Position numbers and translations under genes: made by a program. From a virus, in the IMG/VR virus record IMGVR_UViG_3300044608_002890: a stretch of DNA of 64,000 nucleotides; one strand, 5' to 3'. Shown one piece after another: positions 1 to 7,314 of this stretch (its first letter is position 1; each line of letters opens with the position of its first letter). The notes beneath the pieces were generated by a model. The model was not told the DNA's origin, ran no database searches, and was given only the letters and a program-made list of their open reading frames with translations.

Positions 1-230
1 AAATGGCTCAGGCCATGCTTGAACAAGATTACTATGGTAAACGCGAAGCCATAAGCAATGACTGGCAGGTAAGAGTAGACAATGCCCGCCACGCAGGAAC
101 ACAGCCACCAGATCATCCTGGCTATCCTAGCTATCCTTCTGAAGCCGAAATCATAGCCAAAGCGGCCATACTCAACGGCTTTGTATCTCAAACAACAGCA
201 ACCCCCTTAGAGAAAACTTCTAAGAAGTAA
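1..230 (+). CDS. Conserved hypothetical T4-like phage protein, probably 5'-truncated by the window edge
   Basis: ORF 3..230 is open to the left edge; motif MLEQDYYGKRE...YPSEAEIIAKA..LNGFVSQ resembles a small family I recall from T4-like phages. Confidence 0.55.
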   Translation, partial: MAQAMLEQDYYGKREAISNDWQVRVDNARHAGTQPPDHPGYPSYPSEAEIIAKAAILNGFVSQTTATPLEKTSKK

Positions 231-238
231 TCTTGGCT

Positions 239-265
239 GGAGATCTTAGGATCTCCTTTCGGAGA
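239..265 (+). promoter_or_regulatory. Two mutually exclusive hairpins, one covering the GGAG RBS of the hydrolase gene
   Basis: GGAGATC(239-245)/GATCTCC(250-256) versus TCTCC(252-256)/GGAGA(261-265); ATG at 271. Confidence 0.5.
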
Positions 266-270
266 AATTC

Positions 271-804
271 ATGGAACGAATTCTTAAACCTGTTTTATTG
301 CTATTGGCTGGATTTTTGGTTGCAACCATGATTTTGAAAGTTGTAAATTTAAAGTTTGATCATCTACGCAACACTGAGCCTATGCAGGCAAACAGTATAA
401 CTGTCAAAGAACGTGAACGACAGTTAGAATGTTTGACACGAAACATTTACTATGAAGCTGCTCGCGAACCCTTTGAAGGCAAAGTAGCCGTAGCACAGGT
501 TACGCTGAATCGCACCGAGAGTGGTGTTTTTCCTAAGGACATCTGCAAGACCATCTATCAGAAGAATGTATTTTTTGATAAAGTTATCTGTCAGTTCAGC
601 TGGTATTGTGAACGTGCTACTCAGAAACGGCCTTTGCATGAAGAGGCTTACGAAGAATGCTACAGAGTAGCCAAAAAGGTCTTGCTCGAAGGTTTTAGAC
701 TCGAAGGGTTGACCGAAGCCTTGTATTATCATGCAAATTACGTGAACCCAGGTTGGAAGAAAGAAAAAGTTGCCACCATTGGTAACCACATTTTCTATAA
801 ATAA
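271..804 (+). CDS. Cell-wall hydrolase, SleB/Hydrolase_2 family, with N-terminal membrane anchor
   Basis: CLTRNIYYEAAREPFEGKVAVAQVTLNR, QFSW, ALYYHANYVNPGW and IGNHIFY motifs; hydrophobic N-terminus. Confidence 0.9.
   Translation: MERILKPVLLLLAGFLVATMILKVVNLKFDHLRNTEPMQANSITVKERERQLECLTRNIYYEAAREPFEGKVAVAQVTLNRTESGVFPKDICKTIYQKNVFFDKVICQFSWYCERATQKRPLHEEAYEECYRVAKKVLLEGFRLEGLTEALYYHANYVNPGWKKEKVATIGNHIFYK
796..803 (+). promoter_or_regulatory. T4-type late promoter TATAAATA
   Basis: Exact consensus, 5 nt before ATG 809. Confidence 0.7.
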
Positions 805-808
805 TATC

Positions 809-1162
809 ATGAACATACTAGACAAACTACGTGATCCTAATCATAAATTTTATGTCAGTGACGTAATCAACATACAAAAAATTTCGGAATTTTGCCGAAC
901 TAAATTGACTGCAGCTACGGCTGAAACCATTGCTTGGATTGGTCTAATACTAATACACGCTGCCACTGTTCCGACGCTTCTGGCAGTCATGAGCGGATTG
1001 ACCGAAAAAATGCCGCCGGTGGATCTGGTATTGTTTGTCTGGGCAGGTTTATCGCTTTTCTTTGTTAGAGCTGCTATTCTCAAGGACATGGTCATGGTCA
1101 TAACCATAGGCTTTGGATTTGTTGTGCATGCAGTCATGTTGGCCCTCATAACCTTCAAGTAA
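809..1162 (+). CDS. Small 3-TM membrane protein (PQ-loop/SemiSWEET-like or holin-like)
   Basis: Three hydrophobic helices. Start reassigned from 770 to ATG 809, which follows the late promoter and avoids overlap with the hydrolase. Confidence 0.65.
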   Translation: MNILDKLRDPNHKFYVSDVINIQKISEFCRTKLTAATAETIAWIGLILIHAATVPTLLAVMSGLTEKMPPVDLVLFVWAGLSLFFVRAAILKDMVMVITIGFGFVVHAVMLALITFK

Positions 1163-2121
1163 TGCCTACCTTTAGAGCCAATGTACTTTACATTGTTGGT
1201 CTAAACAACAGTCGACGTACAAGTATCAATGTACATCGAAGCTCTGCCAACAACAGACCAGCCATACCTAACTGGTCCATAACGCCCAATGTATATGCTG
1301 CTACTGGTTATGGTCCCAACGAAATTGATCCTCCTGTAGGAGCGTTGGAACTTGACCCAGTATTCTTAATAACCGAAAATTTTACCTGGAGAGCCGGAAA
1401 CACTGTAGTCGGAGCACCTGGATCCGGAAGTCAGAATCCCTATTCCTGGGATGCCAATCTTACCGTACAGGCCGAAACTGCGTTGTTTTTAAAAAATGAT
1501 GCCAACAACCATTTAACATTGCTTGTCGAAGGTGTTGACTATACCTATGCGTATGATACCATCACCAATCCCGCTGTGCCCAGACATTCATATACCTTTG
1601 GCACAACCTATGGACCAGGATTTAGTTTTTTGGCAACCAGCCTTCGTTATGACATAGCACAATCCGTAAAACCCTTGTCCCATTACATTGTAACGCTGCC
1701 ATCAGCTACCCTGAGCTATGGCAATGTTTGGTATCTGGATTTTACTAACCATAGATTGGCTTTTGCCAATGCCAGCCTAGCTGTTCCGGGAACAACAATT
1801 ACGCTAAGCACCGGTGAACCCATTGTGCCCGGTGAGTCCAATGTATTGCTCATAGAATCCATCATAGATGCCAACGAAGCAATTATTTTGGAGGACAGCC
1901 CAGGATATCCAGGATTTGAAAATCCTCGATATACAATTTTATTAGAAGGCTCGCCTTTTACTCGTTATCTTGTAGGCCAACACTATGGAATTTTCATTCA
2001 AAGTGACTTTCATAGCCCCGTAACCAAAACCCTAACAGCCAACAATGCCGGCGAAGCTCGTGCTTTGTTTTTGGCTGCTTATGGTCCCAATAGTCTAGTA
2101 GATGAACCTCAACAGATATGA
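1162..2121 (+). CDS. Hypothetical beta-rich protein, possibly virion-associated (319 aa)
   Basis: TAATG coupling to the upstream gene; carries IILED/ILLEG motifs shared with structural proteins in this window. Confidence 0.6.
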   Translation: MPTFRANVLYIVGLNNSRRTSINVHRSSANNRPAIPNWSITPNVYAATGYGPNEIDPPVGALELDPVFLITENFTWRAGNTVVGAPGSGSQNPYSWDANLTVQAETALFLKNDANNHLTLLVEGVDYTYAYDTITNPAVPRHSYTFGTTYGPGFSFLATSLRYDIAQSVKPLSHYIVTLPSATLSYGNVWYLDFTNHRLAFANASLAVPGTTITLSTGEPIVPGESNVLLIESIIDANEAIILEDSPGYPGFENPRYTILLEGSPFTRYLVGQHYGIFIQSDFHSPVTKTLTANNAGEARALFLAAYGPNSLVDEPQQI

Positions 2122-2369
2122 ATGAATTAACTGATGGTTTGGTCATAACCAAACGTTTTAGAACTGCTACAGAATTTTCCTTGTACATTGAAAATCGTGT
2201 TCTTGAAACAAAAACCGGATACATGGACAGCATAATTGCCTACTGTACCGAAGCCGACATCAACATCGAAAGCATAGGCAAATTAGTCAACACTAGCCTC
2301 AAAGAAAAAATTCGATGCGAAGCCGAAGAGCAAAACTACATGAAACCCCGTGCTAAACTTCCCATATAA
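2118..2369 (+). CDS. gp33: Late promoter transcription co-activator
   Basis: FSLYIE...YMDSIIAYC....IESIGKLVNTSLKEKIRCEAEEQNYMK; sits next to gp59 and gp32 as in T4. Confidence 0.85.
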   Translation: MNELTDGLVITKRFRTATEFSLYIENRVLETKTGYMDSIIAYCTEADINIESIGKLVNTSLKEKIRCEAEEQNYMKPRAKLPI

Positions 2370-3145
2370 TGAATGCCTATCAAGTCTACAAAAACTACTT
2401 AGCCCTCAGACTACATTTTACCAGCGACGATTATGATGTATTTCAGATGCAAGGTCGTGTCCGAGCCAGCCGCAAGGCTTTTGCTGCTCGCAAAGATCTG
2501 TTTAGCATAGAACGCATCAGCAAAAAATACGCAGACTCTGAAATCATAAACTTTTTAGTTGCAAACTTCGTGACCGGCGATCGTTGGGGCGGAGTATTTG
2601 ATACCGAAGCTCATGATCGATATCTGGACTGGACCAAACGCCAGGAAAGCATGAGCTATGTTTTCCGAGCCGAAGTAGAAAATCTAAGCAACTATTCAGA
2701 AGATTGGTCTGAATTACTGGCCACCAAAAAATCCAGTCATCCATATATAATAAAAGCCTTCTTAGGCGGCCATGTTAGTGTTGAAACCATGACCATTTTG
2801 GACATGCTCTCTGCAAAGAGTATTACCAGTCTAGCCATAGCCGATACCATCATATGGCCCAATCTACGAAGAATCGTAGTCAAGTACGCTCCTTTCCTCC
2901 AATTCGATCATGAACGATATTCAGAAATTTTTAGATCACGATTTAGATTTACAATCCCAGAGAATGAAAACTCTGGAGGAAATGGTGGTACAACTTCAAG
3001 AACAGAATGTAGCCATGCAGGAGCAGATAACCAGTCTGATGTTCTCGATGCGAGATACTCAGCGGTATCTCATAAAGCTAGCACAAAATCAACAAGACAT
3101 CACCAAAAGAGTCAGCATGTGGCCCTATCTGACTATTTCCAATGA
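2369..3145 (+). CDS. gp59: Loader of DNA helicase with low-complexity C-terminal extension
   Basis: MNAYQVYKNYLALRLHFTSDDYD N-terminus; VSVETMTILD and KYAPFL motifs; synteny gp33-gp59-gp32. Confidence 0.85.
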   Translation: MNAYQVYKNYLALRLHFTSDDYDVFQMQGRVRASRKAFAARKDLFSIERISKKYADSEIINFLVANFVTGDRWGGVFDTEAHDRYLDWTKRQESMSYVFRAEVENLSNYSEDWSELLATKKSSHPYIIKAFLGGHVSVETMTILDMLSAKSITSLAIADTIIWPNLRRIVVKYAPFLQFDHERYSEIFRSRFRFTIPENENSGGNGGTTSRTECSHAGADNQSDVLDARYSAVSHKASTKSTRHHQKSQHVALSDYFQ

Positions 3146-3158
3146 GGACGAGAGCTAG
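2910..3158 (+). CDS. Small coiled-coil protein nested in the +1 frame of the gp59 3' end
   Basis: 82-aa ORF with heptad-like helix ending RVSMWPYLTI; it ends just before the next gene. Confidence 0.55.
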   Translation: MNDIQKFLDHDLDLQSQRMKTLEEMVVQLQEQNVAMQEQITSLMFSMRDTQRYLIKLAQNQQDITKRVSMWPYLTISNEDES

Positions 3159-3163
3159 ACATC

Positions 3164-3355
3164 ATGAAGCACCATAAATATGATGAAGAGCGTGAACCAA
3201 AATTGCATAAAGTTCAAAAAGGCATGAGTTCGCGCATAGACAAACACAAGAAGTTAATATATAATTTGGCATCAACCTATAAAAAGGCTGATGTCGATTT
3301 AGATGATGAGTATGATGCAAATCTTTATTATGATACACATGCTAAACGACGTTAA
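3164..3355 (+). CDS. Small charged hypothetical protein upstream of gp32
   Basis: 63-aa ORF filling the gap before gp32; basic N-terminus, acidic C-terminus. Confidence 0.6.
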   Translation: MKHHKYDEEREPKLHKVQKGMSSRIDKHKKLIYNLASTYKKADVDLDDEYDANLYYDTHAKRR

Positions 3356-3387
3356 TACTACTAATACTTTTAATACGGAGAAATACC
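3353..3387 (+). repeat. TAATAC x3 at 9-nt period (plus AATAC) in the gp32 leader
   Basis: TAATAC at 3353, 3362 and 3371; AATAC at 3382; GGAG RBS at 3377-3380. Confidence 0.7.
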
Positions 3388-4332
3388 ATGGCATTTACTA
3401 GTCTTTCTGATCTTCGCAAATCGCGCGGAGGCTTCGACAAGCTGGTCAAAGAAGTAGAACGCATCAGCGCACCCCAAGCCGGAAACGATAAGAATGATGA
3501 TCGTTTTTGGACTCCCGATGTAGACAAAGCAGGCAATGGCTATGCAGTCATTCGTTTCTTGCCACCAGCCAAAGGCGAAGAATTTCCCTTTGTGCGTGTC
3601 TGGAAGCATGCCTTTCAAGGACCTACGGGCAAGTGGTACATTGAAAATAGCCTGACCACCATCGGCAAAAACGATCCGGTCGGTGAGCTCAATCAGGAGC
3701 TTTGGAATTCAGGTGTAGAAGCCAACAAAGAAGTTGCTCGTAAGCAAAAACGCAAACTAGAATACATTGTCAACATTCTGGTTGTCAGCGACAGCAAGCG
3801 TCCCGAAAACGAAGGCAAAGTCTTCTTGTATAAATTCGGTAAAAAGATTTGGGACAAGATCAAAGACGTAACCGAACCTCAGTTTGAAGATGAAAAGCCC
3901 ATCAATCCCTTTGACTTTTGGGAAGGCGCAAACTTCAAGCTTAAAATTCGCAATGTCGAAGGCTATCGTAACTACGATAAGTCAGAATTTGACAAGCCCA
4001 GCGCACTGAGCGAAGATGATGCTGATATTGAAAAAATTTGGTCTCAGCAACACAGTCTCATAGATTTTCATCATGAGCGTCACTTCAAGAGCTATGAAGA
4101 CCTCAAGAAGAAACTTGACAGCGTTCTAAATGCGCCTGGACAAGCACCACGTCGTGCCGAACAGATGAGTTTAGATGAGGACGAAGAACAAGTACCTTCG
4201 ACTCGTTTCGCATCAGCAGAAAAATCTGCTCCTCCGGCCAAGCCCAAGGCACCGCCACCGAGAAAAGAAACTGATTTTGATGATGATGAGGAAAGCCTCT
4301 CGTACTTTGCCAAACTAGCCAACGATGACTAG
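3388..4332 (+). CDS. gp32: Single-stranded DNA-binding protein
   Basis: DDRFW...DKAGNGYAVIRFLP, GKWYIENSLTTIG, GKVFLYKFGKKI, GANFKLKIR and NYDKSEF motifs; acidic tail. Confidence 0.97.
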   Translation: MAFTSLSDLRKSRGGFDKLVKEVERISAPQAGNDKNDDRFWTPDVDKAGNGYAVIRFLPPAKGEEFPFVRVWKHAFQGPTGKWYIENSLTTIGKNDPVGELNQELWNSGVEANKEVARKQKRKLEYIVNILVVSDSKRPENEGKVFLYKFGKKIWDKIKDVTEPQFEDEKPINPFDFWEGANFKLKIRNVEGYRNYDKSEFDKPSALSEDDADIEKIWSQQHSLIDFHHERHFKSYEDLKKKLDSVLNAPGQAPRRAEQMSLDEDEEQVPSTRFASAEKSAPPAKPKAPPPRKETDFDDDEESLSYFAKLANDD

Positions 4333-4333
4333 A

Positions 4334-4413
4334 GTCAGACTGACGATACCAGCCAAGCGTCCCTATCTGATGGCCGCTGGTATCCGAGTAGGCCAACATC
4401 GATTTAACTTTTT
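4334..4413 (+). ncRNA. Candidate structured RNA element of unknown class
   Basis: 9-bp stem GATACCAGC(4345-4353)/GCTGGTATC(4376-4384); loop segments complementary to downstream GTAGG and GGCCA; U-run at 4409-4413. Confidence 0.3.
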
Positions 4414-4424
4414 AAGGAACTAAA

Positions 4425-4652
4425 ATGAAAGCACTTATCGCATTGTTTGCAGCTCTTGGTTTGTCTGTAGCCGTTGCCGCTGACGCCAAGAAAGAAGAAC
4501 CCAAGAAAGAAGCTCCCAAAGCCGAAGCCGCTAAGCCCGACGATGGCAAGAAGCCTGTTGTTCGTCCCGTAGGCAAAGATGGTAAACCCGTAGAAGCTCC
4601 CAAGGGCGAAGTAAAGAAAGAAGAGCCCAAGAAAGCCGAAGCCAAGAAGTAA
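4425..4652 (+). CDS. Small exported Lys/Glu/Pro-rich protein with Sec signal peptide
   Basis: MKALIALFAALGLSVAVA|AD signal; KKEEPKK repeated; TAAGGA RBS. Confidence 0.8.
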   Translation: MKALIALFAALGLSVAVAADAKKEEPKKEAPKAEAAKPDDGKKPVVRPVGKDGKPVEAPKGEVKKEEPKKAEAKK

Positions 4653-4657
4653 TTGGG

Positions 4658-4679
4658 ATCGGGGCGGCAACGCCCCGAT
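4658..4679 (+). terminator. GC-rich hairpin with GCAA tetraloop; possible terminator or mRNA stabiliser
   Basis: ATCGGGGCG-GCAA-CGCCCCGAT just after the stop codon; no good U-tract. Confidence 0.45.
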
Positions 4680-4685
4680 TAAAAC

Positions 4686-4889
4686 ATGGCAAAATTTTCT
4701 TATAACGATTTAAGTGTAGCCTACATGTTGCTCTGCTTGGCCAAGCAACGTGAAGCCTTTAAACCCGAAGAGCAAGCAGGCGTTGACGAATGCATCGTCA
4801 AGCTCTATGAATTTTTAGATGTTCTTAAAAAAGATGTCGAAGGTCGGACCGTGATGTTTGACAATCTCGAACCTTCGGAAGAAGATTAA
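4686..4889 (+). CDS. Hypothetical protein (67 aa)
   Basis: ORF fills the gap before the convergent gene. Confidence 0.55.
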   Translation: MAKFSYNDLSVAYMLLCLAKQREAFKPEEQAGVDECIVKLYEFLDVLKKDVEGRTVMFDNLEPSEED

Positions 4890-6523
4890 TAACTCGCTAC
4901 ACGATCTAGGTAGCGAGTCAAGGTACTGGCTTCAGGTCTAATCTGAGGCTTCAATGGTATAATTCCCGATTGCTGTGGTTGCGGAGCTGCCTGAGAACTA
5001 TTGTTGTTTATGACAGTTGTACCTCCAGTTCCTTCGGCCTGCATGTCGCGATTGGCCGTGCTATAGGCCTGCATGACACTACCAGATTGACTGGGCGATG
5101 TGGGACTGAGGTTGGCAGTTGCTGGTTCTGCACCAGCAAGCGAAGTTTTTGTACCAATGTCACCAACTGTTGCAGCTTTGCCAGACATGAGCTTGCTGGC
5201 CATGGAATTTTCTTTGTTACCTGTAACACCGTATTTTTCTTTGGTGGCCTGATATTCCTTTTCAGAAACTTCTTGACCATTGATATAGTACTTACCGTCG
5301 GCATACATGCCTTCTATCTTACCCTGTGGACTAGCTACTGAAAAACTACCTGTCTTATTGGTTTGTATGTTGTTTTCTATTTTATTACTATTGCCGCCAA
5401 AGAAATTACTGATCCTGCCGCCTATGTTGCCTACGGCTTCGCCTATGCTTCCGCCAGCCATGTAGCCCAAAGCACCACCAGCTAGCCCTCCAACCACAGT
5501 TCCTGCGGGTCCAAAGAAGCTGCCGAAACTAGCACCGACCTTAGCGCCTGCAATGGCACCACCGGCTCGACCTACGCCACCACCAATGCCTTCGCCTTTG
5601 GTTATGGTGGCTTTTTTATCGGCTTCTTCTACCTTCTTGTTGTATTCGGCCTGAGATATTTCTCCGGACTTGAGCTGGTCCTGTGCAGCCATGACTTCGG
5701 CTTGCTTTTCGTTGCTGGCCTGTCCATATTTTTCATAGGCAAACATGCCGCCACCTATGGCACCAGTTACGCCAGCTGCTACTAGGCCGCCTTTGCCGCC
5801 CATGAACTTGGCTGCTTTGCTTAAAAATCCTCCACCAGCTGCTGGACTGGGTTTTGGAGCTGGAGCGCCCACCGTAGGTTTACGGTTAAGTACATCAGGC
5901 AAAATCTCAGCCGCAGCACCCAACAGAGTGCTGCCTGTGCTAGGAGCTTCGGCAGCCTGTGCTTCGGCTGGCTTCTGTTCGTCAAAACTTACTTTGCCTG
6001 CAGTGGATTTTACAGGACCACCGGCAGCCGGTGTAGATATCTGTGGTTTAACAAAGGTACCAGTAATGGCATCTCGGTATACACTGCCACGTCCCTTCTT
6101 TTCAAATTTTAGACTGCCTTCGGTTATTTTTCTTAGCAATGTAATTTCGCCAAGAACTTTCTGAAGTATGTCATTGTTGGCATTATAAACTTTGAGCAGT
6201 TTATCGGTATTGTCTTTGCCGGTCTTTTCTTTGGCTACTTTGGCCGATGCCTTGGGACCGGATTCAGGGGGTTTCAATGGCTTGGAAGCATCATCAGATG
6301 CTTCGAGACCACCTTTCCACCAGGTATTGAGATTGCCCAGAATGTCCTTGCCGGCCTGAGCAAATACTTCACGCGTGCCCATGGCCTTCACAGGCACACC
6401 TTCTATGAACTTCTCATAGCCTTCGGGCAACTGTCCCTGATTCTGTATGGGCCTGGCCTGCACGCCCAGCATGTTTTTGAACATGCCAGGCAAAGCATCG
6501 GCTGGTTTGGTCTTTTTTGCCAT
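4886..6523 (-). CDS. Tape-measure-like / baseplate hub protein (gp29 analogue)
   Basis: 545 aa, Ala/Gly-rich helical segments (GAIAGAKVGASFGSFFGPAGTVVGG); last gene of the gp54-gp26-gp51 operon; length similar to T4 gp29. Confidence 0.55.
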   Translation of the reverse strand: MAKKTKPADALPGMFKNMLGVQARPIQNQGQLPEGYEKFIEGVPVKAMGTREVFAQAGKDILGNLNTWWKGGLEASDDASKPLKPPESGPKASAKVAKEKTGKDNTDKLLKVYNANNDILQKVLGEITLLRKITEGSLKFEKKGRGSVYRDAITGTFVKPQISTPAAGGPVKSTAGKVSFDEQKPAEAQAAEAPSTGSTLLGAAAEILPDVLNRKPTVGAPAPKPSPAAGGGFLSKAAKFMGGKGGLVAAGVTGAIGGGMFAYEKYGQASNEKQAEVMAAQDQLKSGEISQAEYNKKVEEADKKATITKGEGIGGGVGRAGGAIAGAKVGASFGSFFGPAGTVVGGLAGGALGYMAGGSIGEAVGNIGGRISNFFGGNSNKIENNIQTNKTGSFSVASPQGKIEGMYADGKYYINGQEVSEKEYQATKEKYGVTGNKENSMASKLMSGKAATVGDIGTKTSLAGAEPATANLSPTSPSQSGSVMQAYSTANRDMQAEGTGGTTVINNNSSQAAPQPQQSGIIPLKPQIRPEASTLTRYLDRVASY

Positions 6524-7119
6524 TAGATTGGTCTACGAACAGTTGGACGAGGCATGCCATCTTCTCTGGGGGCTACAGGAGCTGCTACTGCACCCGCAGG
6601 CTCTGACAAGGGCATGTTGCTACCAGGATCAGCATAACTTACTGGTTGTGGTCTAGGTGCCATGTTTTGTTGCATGTTTTGTTGAGCAGGCATAATACCT
6701 CCAGATATCATTCCCGACGGAGGAGTTGGACTTGGAGTAAACTTAGGTGGCTCTGAACTCAAAGTTGGTGTTGCTACACCACCGGCTGCGCCAGCAATCT
6801 TTTCCTGTGTACGACCAAAAGCGCTAACACCCAGTACCGCACCCATAGCTACGTGGAACAAACCGCCGCCCTGCAAGGTAATTGGAACCCATTGGCGAAA
6901 GGCATCATTAGCTGCTTGTGTTTCCCAGAACTGTACAATAGTAAACATCACAGGAAATATGGCAAAATCAGCCAAACAGCAAAGCATATACATCATGGCC
7001 ATCATGGGACGCCATTTTTTGGTCATCCAATCCTCTTTGGCTTCATTGCCAGGGATTAATTTAGAATCTTCTTCTTTGGTTTCTTCGACCTTGGGTTCTT
7101 CTTTTTTCTTACCGAACAT
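6523..7119 (-). CDS. Holin of the 3TM gene-transfer-agent release type, with Pro-rich tail
   Basis: WMTKKWRPMMAMMYM...FP...W.P.TLQGGGLFHVAMGAVLGVSAFGRTQEK motif. Confidence 0.75.
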   Translation of the reverse strand: MFGKKKEEPKVEETKEEDSKLIPGNEAKEDWMTKKWRPMMAMMYMLCCLADFAIFPVMFTIVQFWETQAANDAFRQWVPITLQGGGLFHVAMGAVLGVSAFGRTQEKIAGAAGGVATPTLSSEPPKFTPSPTPPSGMISGGIMPAQQNMQQNMAPRPQPVSYADPGSNMPLSEPAGAVAAPVAPREDGMPRPTVRRPI

Positions 7120-7120
7120 C

Positions 7121-7288
7121 TCATGCTCCCTGTTGTGCTATGCGCCTCATGTTGGCTTTTTGGTTTTCTTCTTGTATATGTAACATCAGTAAATCAATGT
7201 ATACGGCCCGTTCCCAGGGCATCATGTTTTCAAGTACTGCTAGATCATAACCATGAAATTGCATCAAAGCAAAGTTTGAGCGAAACAT
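7121..7288 (-). CDS. gp51: Baseplate hub assembly catalyst (55 aa; absent from the ORF track)
   Basis: Hand translation MFRSNFALMQFHGYDLAVLENMMPWERAVYIDLL...; NFALMQ and ENMMPWER motifs; directly downstream of gp26. Confidence 0.8.
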   Translation of the reverse strand: MFRSNFALMQFHGYDLAVLENMMPWERAVYIDLLMLHIQEENQKANMRRIAQQGA

Positions 7289-7314
7289 GTTTTCTAAACT
7301 TTCCTGGGCCAGGC

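Noticed and set aside
770-808. ORF-track starts at 770 and 55569
   Set aside because: Both overlap upstream genes with non-homologous text; better starts are 809 and 55731.
4334-4395. Hammerhead ribozyme (GTC at 4334, CTGACGA at 4340-4346 followed by a stem)
   Set aside because: No GAAA after the stem (CGAG instead), no stem I between GTC and CTGA, and no stem III. An HDV-like fold also fails for lack of P2 and an over-long L3.
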